From the NCBI GenBank assembly GCA_963796275.1, contig CAWCKY010000004.1, forward strand, positions 640,001-704,000: DNA of 64,000 bases, written 5' to 3'. Within the stretch, counting starts at the first letter, position 1, and every line of letters begins with the position of its first letter. Below are positions 11,160-19,499 of this stretch, in pieces. This DNA comes from an uncultured Acidobacteriota bacterium. Its GTDB lineage: Bacteria; Acidobacteriota; Blastocatellia; RBC074. Under the pieces are notes generated by a model, which searched no databases, was not told the DNA's origin, and worked only from the letters and a program-made list of their open reading frames with translations. The translations under genes were made by a program, and so were the position numbers.

Positions 11160-11912
11160 CTACCTGTTTCGCAAAGTGAAAACAAGCGTTATTCCGATGG
11201 CGTTCACGTGATTCGGTGTTGAGCGGCTGTCGTTCTGACGCGCGTAATATATGTCCAGGTCGATACTCTTTCTGAGCGGCAATACAACGCCACCCTCGAA
11301 GCGGGTGCGGTTGAATGTATCGTAACGAAAGTCATAATAGGCCTCAGCCGACCCATATGCCGTGAATTTGATATATTTGATAGCGAAGTCACGCTCGAGT
11401 TGGAGCCGGTTGCGGTAGCGCGCTGAAAAACTGCCATTTACCCATCGCAACTCCTGACGGTTGCGGTCGCTCAGCAGGATCTTCCAGGGGATCGTCACAC
11501 GGAACGTCTGTTCAAAGATGATGCGTTGCTCTTGGTAGGGTTCATCGTCATCTAGAGAAAACCCGTATCGATAACCGGACCTTATGACCAGATGCTTATT
11601 AACGAGATAGTCGGCGTTCGCACCGACCTGGGCTTCCCGGTCGATATCCGTCTCTCTTTCCCGGGCGACGTTCGCCAGAAAAAAAAGCCGCCACTTCAGG
11701 TTTAATGTGACATACAGATCGACCTCCGGCCACAATTCATCCTGCGTCTCCGGCGCATCCTGCGCAATTGCGTTCCCATTGAGACAGGCCAGTAGGAGCA
11801 GACACAGGATGAACCGCGGATTTGCACGGTTGCAGCGTAATAACACAGATCGAAATCGGTGGGTATCTGTCGCATCCGTGCAAATCCGCGGTTCATTTGT
11901 CCCAATCTCCAT
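11160..11912 (-). CDS. DUF2490-like outer-membrane beta-barrel protein (start uncertain)
   Basis: Alternating beta strands, EQRI, DRNR.ELR, RYRNRLQLE motifs; hydrophobic signal-like segment. Confidence 0.7.
   Translation of the reverse strand: MEIGTNEPRICTDATDTHRFRSVLLRCNRANPRFILCLLLLACLNGNAIAQDAPETQDELWPEVDLYVTLNLKWRLFFLANVARERETDIDREAQVGANADYLVNKHLVIRSGYRYGFSLDDDEPYQEQRIIFEQTFRVTIPWKILLSDRNRQELRWVNGSFSARYRNRLQLERDFAIKYIKFTAYGSAEAYYDFRYDTFNRTRFEGGVVLPLRKSIDLDIYYARQNDSRSTPNHVNAIGITLVFTLRNR
11809..11896. repeat. Palindromic element with perfect 21-bp inverted repeat
   Basis: ATGAACCGCGGATTTGCACGG (11809-11829) and CCGTGCAAATCCGCGGTTCAT (11876-11896); inner ACAGAT/ATCTGT. Confidence 0.85.
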
Positions 11913-11936
11913 ATGGCTCGATATGGAATAACTTCT

Positions 11937-13097
11937 TCAATGAGCTCGCAATACAGGCAAGGTCCGCCGGACGCGAGCCGAAGCAGTCCTCGCCGCCATC
12001 TCCTCCATGGTCGAGAAAAGAGCTTTGTAGACCTGGCAGTACGGATCCTTCACAAAAAAATCCCCCGTGATCGAATAGGTCCTCACCGGACACCCGCCGT
12101 GACAGATCGACAGGTAATCACACGCGGAACAGTCCTCGTGTTGCATCAGTACTTCGGGCCGGGCCTGAAAACGCTGCCGCACCTTGCTCTTCTGTATCAG
12201 GTCGGTGAAGGTGACATCATCGAAGATGTTTCCGAACCAGTAGTCCGGATAGCTCGTCACCCAGCAATCGCACTGCGCCACATAGCCTCTCGCATCGATG
12301 CTGACAAACTCATCGGTGCAGTTCTGACGCCATATGCAGGGGAGGCACGCCCCTTCTCCGCGAAAGTGATTCATCAATTGATCGAGCGGCCCGAGCTTGA
12401 TACCTTTCTCGTAGCCGCGCTCGACCCAGACCATCGTCAGGTCGGCGAAGAACCGGCTCAGCCCGGCCATATCGAGGATGCTCTCCTTTTTGGCATCGTT
12501 GATCTCTCCTCCCGAAAAAGACGTGTTGACCTGAAAGTCCGTGATGCCCAGATCATCAACGAAATAGGAGTAGAACCGCTCGGCCCCTGCTTCGAGCGTC
12601 CCCTTATTGGGGATCGAGATGACACCCACACTTATACCCGCCTCTCTAGCCTCTCGGACATTGCGAGCCCAAATTTCCGTATAATGCTCAGGCGGCCGAT
12701 TCCTCGCTCTCCGGTACAGATTGGGGAAATCCATCGAGGTTCCCACGCTGTTGCCGAACATTCCGGTGATGATACTGTTCCACCCTTTGTGGTACCCGAT
12801 CATGTTCGATTGAAGGCTATGCTCGATCCGCTTGCCGCGCGCGTCAGCGGCTTTGCGGATCTGCTCGTAAGCGCGCTCAAACCAGGCGGGAGGGAGGATC
12901 ATGATCTCTCCACCCTGCCAGTAGATGGTCATAGAGGCGATTGCCTTTCGTTCCATATGGTCGAGCAGCTTATCGATGACGACTGCCAGATTCTCGTGCG
13001 ACATGAAGTCGTCGGTCTTGTCCTCGAAACAGTACTCGCACGCGACATTGCATTTATTGGTGGGGAGCAATATGAGCGAAAAATGATTGCCGATCAT
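11937..13097 (-). CDS. Radical SAM/SPASM protein, putative peptide cyclophane-forming maturase
   Basis: CNVACEYC (CxxxCxxC), WQGGE, SPASM cysteines CIWRQNC...QCDC...CSACDYLSICHGGCP...YC; ATGA overlap with upstream gene. Confidence 0.92.
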   Translation of the reverse strand: MIGNHFSLILLPTNKCNVACEYCFEDKTDDFMSHENLAVVIDKLLDHMERKAIASMTIYWQGGEIMILPPAWFERAYEQIRKAADARGKRIEHSLQSNMIGYHKGWNSIITGMFGNSVGTSMDFPNLYRRARNRPPEHYTEIWARNVREAREAGISVGVISIPNKGTLEAGAERFYSYFVDDLGITDFQVNTSFSGGEINDAKKESILDMAGLSRFFADLTMVWVERGYEKGIKLGPLDQLMNHFRGEGACLPCIWRQNCTDEFVSIDARGYVAQCDCWVTSYPDYWFGNIFDDVTFTDLIQKSKVRQRFQARPEVLMQHEDCSACDYLSICHGGCPVRTYSITGDFFVKDPYCQVYKALFSTMEEMAARTASARVRRTLPVLRAH

Positions 13098-13939
13098 CGG
13101 GCCGCCTCCTCCTTCGCGCCCCGGTAGAGCTCGAGATCGTGCTCCAATTCAATGGCCGCATCTTGCAAGGCTCCAAAGACGCGTTTGACGCTATCACACC
13201 TGTATCCCTTGCGCGGCCATTTGAAATACCCGCCGCAGTAATCAAAGTACGCGCAGCGAGAACACTCACTATTTTCCGCCAGCAGCTCTCCCTGTAATCT
13301 TGCGACAAGAATCTCCAAATCATCCGGGTCATTCGTACCGCCCATACCACGAGCGACTCTTTCCTCGCCATCTTCAGTGATGTACCGGACGTATGCAGGG
13401 TCTTCTTCCTGAACATCCCAGAGCGTTATCGGATCCTTTTCGAAAAATGAGAGGAGTGTGGTATGGAAGAATTCAACGGGTTGAGAGACTGACGCGTGAT
13501 GAAGGTAGAAATCCAAAACCGCCAGCAGTTCTTCGATTGCCGCGGGCTCGGGCTGCCCCAAATCTAGTTTGACTGCAAATTGCAGCGAGGTCGCGATCTT
13601 GACCGCCTTGCTCAGTCCGGGGACTACCGGTATGGAAGTGCCCACCGGATGTTTATCGAGCAGCTTGGCGTGCCGGTAAAGCAGCGCGAATTCGACTACT
13701 GGATCGCGCATCACCAGCTCTACCGGGATGGCGTAGCCCCAGTCTGCCAGAGGATCGACGTCGGCCTGCATGGAAAGCAGCTGTACACCAACGACATTTC
13801 CCAGCTCCCTTTCGGGCAGGGCTTTGACGAGGATCGCAGGATCATGAGTGCGTACTATGACCTCACGGCCTCGATATTCAGGCACAAGTTTCACCGGTAT
13901 GTTATGGACGATCATATTCATGGTCTCCCTCACCATCAC
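13094..13939 (-). CDS. Radical SAM partner protein: no CxxxCxxC, C-terminal SPASM-like Cys cluster
   Basis: CSRCAYFDYCGGYFKWPRKGYRC tail followed by a helix; lies between precursor and rSAM genes; stop overlaps rSAM start. Confidence 0.75.
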   Translation of the reverse strand: MMVRETMNMIVHNIPVKLVPEYRGREVIVRTHDPAILVKALPERELGNVVGVQLLSMQADVDPLADWGYAIPVELVMRDPVVEFALLYRHAKLLDKHPVGTSIPVVPGLSKAVKIATSLQFAVKLDLGQPEPAAIEELLAVLDFYLHHASVSQPVEFFHTTLLSFFEKDPITLWDVQEEDPAYVRYITEDGEERVARGMGGTNDPDDLEILVARLQGELLAENSECSRCAYFDYCGGYFKWPRKGYRCDSVKRVFGALQDAAIELEHDLELYRGAKEEAAR

Positions 13940-13941
13940 CC

Positions 13942-14008
13942 TCGATTGCGGATCGCGAATACGCGAATATAAGTAGAACTTTCGTTAGAATCCGCGATCC
14001 GCAATCGA
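13942..14008. promoter_or_regulatory. Hairpin immediately downstream of precursor gene (possible mRNA stabiliser/attenuator)
   Basis: Perfect 16-bp IR TCGATTGCGGATCGCG / CGCGATCCGCAATCGA filling the intergenic gap. Confidence 0.6.
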
Positions 14009-14383
14009 TCACCAACCGCGGCGATTGACCCAGCCACCGCCACCGCCGTGATTGTTGAGCCAGCCGCTTCCGCCGCTGCGATTCACCCAGCCGGACCCAC
14101 CATTTGCCCACGTGCCGCCGCGATTGACCCAGGAGCCGCCGCCGCCGCCATTGAGCCAGCCGCCGCCGCCGTTAATCCACGACGCACCGCGATTGGCCCA
14201 TCCGCCGCCGCCGCCGTGATTGACCCAGCTCCCACGGCTATTGACCCAACCAGCCTCTGTCTCGGAACTCGGCACCAGAGCTCCCAGGACAATCCCGCCG
14301 ATCACAGCCTGCGACCATTTCTTCATGCTCTTAAGGAAATCACGTCTGCATATCAACTCGACCTCATCAACCTTCTCCTCCAT
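14009..14383 (-). CDS. Putative RiPP precursor: twin-arginine-like leader plus Gly-rich core with ten W-x-N motifs
   Basis: CRRDFLK...AVIGGIVLGALV...TEA then WVN, WVN, WAN, WIN, WLN, WVN, WAN, WVN, WLN, WVN; GAGG RBS upstream; upstream of rSAM/SPASM. Confidence 0.85.
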   Translation of the reverse strand: MEEKVDEVELICRRDFLKSMKKWSQAVIGGIVLGALVPSSETEAGWVNSRGSWVNHGGGGGWANRGASWINGGGGWLNGGGGGSWVNRGGTWANGGSGWVNRSGGSGWLNNHGGGGGWVNRRGW

Positions 14384-14462
14384 AACTGGAACCTCATATT
14401 TTTTACTTTGGTTTTCAGGTGTTAACTAGATTCCAATCCCTGTCCGATAACTGAATAGGTAA

Positions 14463-14978
14463 TCACTGTTTGGTGGGTGACCCGCTACCTACAAGATTGG
14501 AATAGTGAAGCATGACAAACTGCCATTTGCCCCCTTGTTTCTCGGCCACGGCGGACACGTTCAGCTCATACTCCCTACTCTTTCCGTCTTTTGAATCCGA
14601 TAACTTGCACATGAATGCACCCCAGGCGACGCTGCCGCTGCCTCTGCCATCCTTCCAGTAACAGCTGTGTTTGAGCGTGCCCTTGTCGAAGTCTTTAAAC
14701 ATCTCCGAGTAGGCAGACTTGATCTCAGGTTGCCCCTGGAATTTCTCTCCAGGGCCGGTCCCGATCATTACTGTCTTGGGATTGGCCGAATACAACGCTA
14801 TCACGCCATCGATGTCATGCTTGTTCATGGCATCGTCGTGCTTCTGCAGCATATCGGCAATCTCTCCCTTAGCGGGGCCCTGTGCTGTTCGGGTGAAGCA
14901 GAACGGCGCGCAGAAACAGAGCATCAACACCAAGAATCCATAACGCACAGGGCTAATCGCGAAAATTCGGTGTTTCAT
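14463..14978 (-). CDS. Secreted NTF2/SnoaL-like protein
   Basis: Start reassigned to MKHRIF (ATGA overlap with FGE stop); signal peptide; AMNKHDIDGVIALY, GTGPGE, GKWQFVMLHYS. Confidence 0.8.
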   Translation of the reverse strand: MKHRIFAISPVRYGFLVLMLCFCAPFCFTRTAQGPAKGEIADMLQKHDDAMNKHDIDGVIALYSANPKTVMIGTGPGEKFQGQPEIKSAYSEMFKDFDKGTLKHSCYWKDGRGSGSVAWGAFMCKLSDSKDGKSREYELNVSAVAEKQGGKWQFVMLHYSNLVGSGSPTKQ

Positions 14979-16003
14979 TCCCCTCCTTTTTTGGTTTCTC
15001 CCATATTCTGAACCCTGACGACGCAACGGAACCCCAGGTGGCACGTCGAAGTGTCGATCGGCTGCGCCATGCGCGCCGCTGGCCGGTATCGCCGGCAATA
15101 ATTGGGCGCGCAGAGGAAGGAGCCTCCCTTCATCACCCTCCTCGGGATCTTGATCTCCGGTACGCATGGGTCGTAGCTCTTATCCATCTCTCCACCCTTC
15201 GGATTGACGCTGCCGCAGCACGAATTGGTGATGTGGCTATGCTCCTGGTACCAGTCCGTCGTCCATTCCCATACGTTGCCTGCCATCTCGAACAGGTCGT
15301 ATCCGTTCGGCGGGAACGAGCCGACCGGGGCGGTCGATTCGTATCCGTCTTCAAGCAGGTTTTCGTGGGGAAAAGTTCCCTGCCAGGTATTAGCCATCGG
15401 GTGGCCTTCGGGAGTGAACTCATCACCCCAGACGAATTCCGCCCCCTCCAATCCGCCGCGTGCGGCGAACTCCCATTCGGCCTCGGTCGGCAGTTCTTTC
15501 CCCGCCCATCTGGCATAAGCGTCCACATCTTCGTAGGCGACGTGCACCACCGGATGTGCCTCAAGACCCAACAACGAGCTGTCAGGACCTCGAGGATGCC
15601 GCCAATTCGCGCCGGGAACAAAGACCCACCAGTTGAAGTGGTTGCCCAGATCTACAGGTTGATCGGTCTTTTGAAACACTACCGAAGCGGGTACGAGCAA
15701 TTCAGGTATAGCGCCAGGATAGTCATCCGGATTGGGCGGACGTTCGCAGAATGTGACGTACCCTGTCGCTTCGACGAAGCGGCTGAACTGTTCATTGGTC
15801 ACCGCGTATCGATCCATCCAGAAGCCGTCAACCGTCGCAATGTGGGTGGGCGATTCTTCCGGATAGTGCTTGTTCGAGCCCATCATGAATGTGCCGCCGG
15901 GAATCCAGACCATGTTTTCGAAGGGCGGCTCACCGGGCGGAGGATTTCTCTCGTACCCCTTGGATTTTTGTTTGGTAGACTTCAAACCGACTAAACTGCT
16001 CAT
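14975..16003 (-). CDS. Formylglycine-generating enzyme (SUMF1/FGE family)
   Basis: IPGGTFMMGS, LPTEAEWEFAARGG, MAGNVWEW, KGGSFLCAPNYCRRYRPAAR catalytic Cys pair, HLGFRCV. Confidence 0.93.
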   Translation of the reverse strand: MSSLVGLKSTKQKSKGYERNPPPGEPPFENMVWIPGGTFMMGSNKHYPEESPTHIATVDGFWMDRYAVTNEQFSRFVEATGYVTFCERPPNPDDYPGAIPELLVPASVVFQKTDQPVDLGNHFNWWVFVPGANWRHPRGPDSSLLGLEAHPVVHVAYEDVDAYARWAGKELPTEAEWEFAARGGLEGAEFVWGDEFTPEGHPMANTWQGTFPHENLLEDGYESTAPVGSFPPNGYDLFEMAGNVWEWTTDWYQEHSHITNSCCGSVNPKGGEMDKSYDPCVPEIKIPRRVMKGGSFLCAPNYCRRYRPAARMAQPIDTSTCHLGFRCVVRVQNMGETKKGGE

Positions 16004-16026
16004 AGCTTATCCCTCACCTCAGAACG

Positions 16027-16575
16027 CTATTCGACCTTAATCAATAGCGCGGTGGTGTAATAGATGTCCACTTTATCGCCGACTTTTACGCCATCCAGCC
16101 TCTTCACGTCGCGCACGCGATAAGTGCGCACCTTCCCCTGCGAATCTTTGATAGTTACCGAAGGGACAGACCGGTCGAACGATTCCACAGTCACCGTCAT
16201 CGTCTTGATATCCTCGATGCTGGCCCCGGGCTTGGATTGCGGTCTGACGACCACCCTCTCCTTATCCGGCGCCGGATCGCCCGGCTTTCGCACGTGCACT
16301 GCGATAGACTCGGAGTATGTAGCCGAAACGACATCTCCGACCTTCAGCTCGTCGAATCGTTTGACCTCTTCAGTGGCCTTGACTTCTACCAGATTTCCTT
16401 GCGGCCCTTTGAGCGTAATTATCCGGTTGGCCTTGTCGATCGCCTCGATCGTGGCCTCTACGGTTACCGCTTCAGTCATCGACACCGGCGGCCGATCCTG
16501 CGCAATAGCCGCTGTCAATGAAACTGGGATTACGAGCGCCAGAAATATCGCAAAATTGATCTTATTCAATTTCAT
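16027..16575 (-). CDS. Secreted hypothetical protein with two OB-fold-like repeats
   Basis: Signal peptide; two copies of (A/V)T(I/V)E..D.....T(L/I)K..QG......LKVGD.V...Y. Confidence 0.7.
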   Translation of the reverse strand: MKLNKINFAIFLALVIPVSLTAAIAQDRPPVSMTEAVTVEATIEAIDKANRIITLKGPQGNLVEVKATEEVKRFDELKVGDVVSATYSESIAVHVRKPGDPAPDKERVVVRPQSKPGASIEDIKTMTVTVESFDRSVPSVTIKDSQGKVRTYRVRDVKRLDGVKVGDKVDIYYTTALLIKVE

Positions 16576-16668
16576 AAATTCCTCCCTTTCCTTGATTAGA
16601 GTTATTGATTCATAAGTTCCGTTACGTACGTTTTATGCTCGTTCTTTCAGCGAACAGACCGCTCTGGT

Positions 16669-19038
16669 TTACTGCCGCGCCATCGCAGCCTTCGCGAAAG
16701 CCTTCATCTCCTCCTCCGTGTCCTGGATCATCTTGCCGGACACATCAGCGGTCACCTTGAATATCTTTCCCGTAAACTTGAACGGCGGCTGGTAGAGTTT
16801 GGAGACCGATGAGCACGGATTGCGGCCCACGGTCAGTCCGCCGCCGAGGCCGATCGCAAGGGGCACCGTCACGGGAATGTCTGACTGGCCAACGATCTTG
16901 CCGTTGATGTAAAGCTGAGCTCGACCGGGCGTCCCCTTTCCCTTGGCCAGGTCCGGCTTGCCGGTCGGCTCAAACTCGAAGCGCAATTGAACCTTGCCCT
17001 CAGGCACCTCTTCTGTCGAAACAACATCGTATTCTTCGGCGCCGACATAGTTGTGCGCGTAATGCAGCTTTTTGTCCTTGATGAAGAAGCTGTAGCCGCC
17101 GATGTTGCTGCCGTGGCAGACGATCACACCTTGGGCGCCGCCCTTCGGGATCTCTACCTCGGCGGTCAGGCTGTGTGCGCGGTTCAGGACTTTCACCGCC
17201 ACGTTTTCCGGCACCGCCTGCGTGTGCGGATAGTAGACATAGGTCTTGCGCTCTCTGGTCAGTTGCGGCCTCTCGTCGGCGAAGCGCATCGTCCCGCGGC
17301 TGTCGAGCGGGAAGACATCATACTTGCCCGCCTCGGAGTACCAGAGCGCGATCATCTCGATCAGCTTGTCGCGGTTGGTGTCGGCCAGGTTCTTCGTCTC
17401 GGCGGGGTCCTCCTCGAGGTTGTAAAGCTCCCAGCCCTTCGCATCCAGCTCGCGCAGCTTCTCTTCGGTCAGGGGCGACTGGCCGAAGAACGCCTTCGCT
17501 TCCGTGAAAGAAGGACCGGGAAAAGGGCAGACTGCGCGCCAGCCGTCGTGGTAGATCGCCCGATGGGCGAACATCTCGAAGTACTGCGTGTGATGCTTGC
17601 TCTCGGCCTTGGCATCTTTGAAGGTGTGGGCGAAGCTGATCCCCTCGATCGGCGATTGCGTCACGCCGCGAATCTGCTCCGGCGGCACGACACCGAGTGC
17701 TTCCAGCACTGTCGGTACCATATCGATGGCATGCGCGAACTGATGGCGGACCTCCCCTTTCGCTTTTACCCCTTTGGGCCAGTGGACGAGGAACGGATCG
17801 GAGACGCCGCCTCGATAGGTCTCGCGCTTCCAGCGACGAAACGGGGTGTTGCCCGCGAATGTCCAGCCCCAGGCGTAGTGGTTGAAGAATTTGGGGCCGC
17901 CCAGTTCGCCCAGAGCGGCGAGGTTCTGCTTCAGGTCGTCCGGCACATTGTTGAAAAACTTGTTCTCGTTGACCGAACCCGTCGGGCCACCCTCTGAGCT
18001 GGCGCCGTTGTCGGAGATCAGCATAATCAGCGTGTTCTCCAGCTCGCCCATGCTTTCGAGGAAGCTGATCAGACGACCGATATGGTGGTCGGTGTGCTCC
18101 ATAAATCCCGCGAAGACCTCCATCATCCGTGCGTATAGCTTCTTCTCGTCGGCGGGGAGCTTGTCCCAGTCCTGCACGTCCGGGTCGTGGCGCGAGAGCA
18201 CCGTATTCTGCGGGATGACGCCCAGCTCCTTCTGTTTCGCGAAGACCTTCTCACGATACTTGTCCCAGCCATCGTCGAACTTGCCTTTGTACTTGTCGGC
18301 CCATTCCTTCGGTACGTGATGCGGCGCGTGATGGGCGCCGGTCGCGAAATAGAGGAAGAAAGGCTTGTCCGGCGCTATCTGCTTGGAGTCAGCGATGAAC
18401 TGAATGGCCTTGTCTGTCAGGTCCTCGGTCAGGTGGTAGCCTTCATCGGGAGTCTTGGGCGGGTCGACCTGGTGGTTGTCGTAGACCAGATCGGGATAGT
18501 ACTGGCTGGTGTCGCCGCCGAGGAAGCCGTAGTATCGGTCGAAGCCTCTGCCCAATGGCCAGCGGTCGTATGGGCCCGCGGCGCTGATCTGTTCAGCTGG
18601 AGTCAGGTGCCACTTTCCTACGCAGTATGTGTTGTACCCCTTCTGGACGAGCATCTCCGAGAGGAAGCCGTTCTCGAAGGGGATGATTCCGTTACCCCCG
18701 GGAAAGCCGGTCGACCCTTCGGTTATGCACGACATCGCGTTGGAGTGGTGGTTGCGTCCCGTGAGGATGCACGAGCGAGTCGGCGAGCAAAGCGCCGTAG
18801 TATGCATGTTGGAATAGAGCAGACCGTTGGCAGCCAGCTTGTTGATGTTTGGCGTATTGATCGGCGAGCCGTAGCAGCCGAGCTGTCCAAAGCCGGTATC
18901 GTCGATCACTATGAAGAGCACGTTGGGCGCGCCTGCTATCGCGCGCAATGGTTCGGGCCACGCCGCTTCTGATTCACCAATCGTACGCCCCATTCGGCCG
19001 GGGAAAGTGGTTCCTGACTTATATTCCTTCAATGCCAT
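16669..19038 (-). CDS. Cys-type arylsulfatase (cytoplasmic, long form)
   Basis: NVLFIVIDDTG, TALCSPTRSCILTGRNHH, GKWHL, SDNGAS, GGVSDP. Confidence 0.95.
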   Translation of the reverse strand: MALKEYKSGTTFPGRMGRTIGESEAAWPEPLRAIAGAPNVLFIVIDDTGFGQLGCYGSPINTPNINKLAANGLLYSNMHTTALCSPTRSCILTGRNHHSNAMSCITEGSTGFPGGNGIIPFENGFLSEMLVQKGYNTYCVGKWHLTPAEQISAAGPYDRWPLGRGFDRYYGFLGGDTSQYYPDLVYDNHQVDPPKTPDEGYHLTEDLTDKAIQFIADSKQIAPDKPFFLYFATGAHHAPHHVPKEWADKYKGKFDDGWDKYREKVFAKQKELGVIPQNTVLSRHDPDVQDWDKLPADEKKLYARMMEVFAGFMEHTDHHIGRLISFLESMGELENTLIMLISDNGASSEGGPTGSVNENKFFNNVPDDLKQNLAALGELGGPKFFNHYAWGWTFAGNTPFRRWKRETYRGGVSDPFLVHWPKGVKAKGEVRHQFAHAIDMVPTVLEALGVVPPEQIRGVTQSPIEGISFAHTFKDAKAESKHHTQYFEMFAHRAIYHDGWRAVCPFPGPSFTEAKAFFGQSPLTEEKLRELDAKGWELYNLEEDPAETKNLADTNRDKLIEMIALWYSEAGKYDVFPLDSRGTMRFADERPQLTRERKTYVYYPHTQAVPENVAVKVLNRAHSLTAEVEIPKGGAQGVIVCHGSNIGGYSFFIKDKKLHYAHNYVGAEEYDVVSTEEVPEGKVQLRFEFEPTGKPDLAKGKGTPGRAQLYINGKIVGQSDIPVTVPLAIGLGGGLTVGRNPCSSVSKLYQPPFKFTGKIFKVTADVSGKMIQDTEEEMKAFAKAAMARQ

Positions 19039-19499
19039 TCTATTTCTCCATTGATAAATTTCCGGTTATGTCAGTGCTCGTTTAATTTGCATCCCGTTCC
19101 GCGCTCAAAGAGGTTTGCAGCAGGGTTTTCCTGTATTTCCGGAGTTTTTTTCAAAACGGCATAGGGATTCTGTTTTTTTAGGAGCATGAAGAGTGCCGAA
19201 TCACCGGGCTGTATATGCGATCATTATCAGTTCGCTCATTCTCGCAGTCTTCTCCTCAACCGAGATGAACACTAAGTTCACCTCTGCGCCGCTGTAATCC
19301 ATCGAGATTTAACTCGCCCGCTTTTTTATTCAGGAGACTTCTAAACTGACACGAAGGGTAACGAACAAGTGGATGGATTGCTATTAGTAGTTTTCTCTAT
19401 TTATAGGGGTCAGTATTACGTATATAGGCTGTTGAATTTGCTGATCTCCGGCAGTATAAGATCGGTATTTCACGGGGGGGGAAAATGTTGCGGATCCCC

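Noticed and set aside
11937-13097. Calling the rSAM an anaerobic sulfatase maturase (anSME)
   Set aside because: Disfavoured but not excluded. An intact FGE already accompanies the sulfatase, and the rSAM is coupled to the partner and WxN-repeat genes.
11859-13127. 422-aa plus-strand ORF
   Set aside because: Antisense shadow of the radical SAM gene with no recognisable motifs. The same applies to other long shadows such as 34199-35488, 16987-17997, 40158-41168 and 50419-51330.
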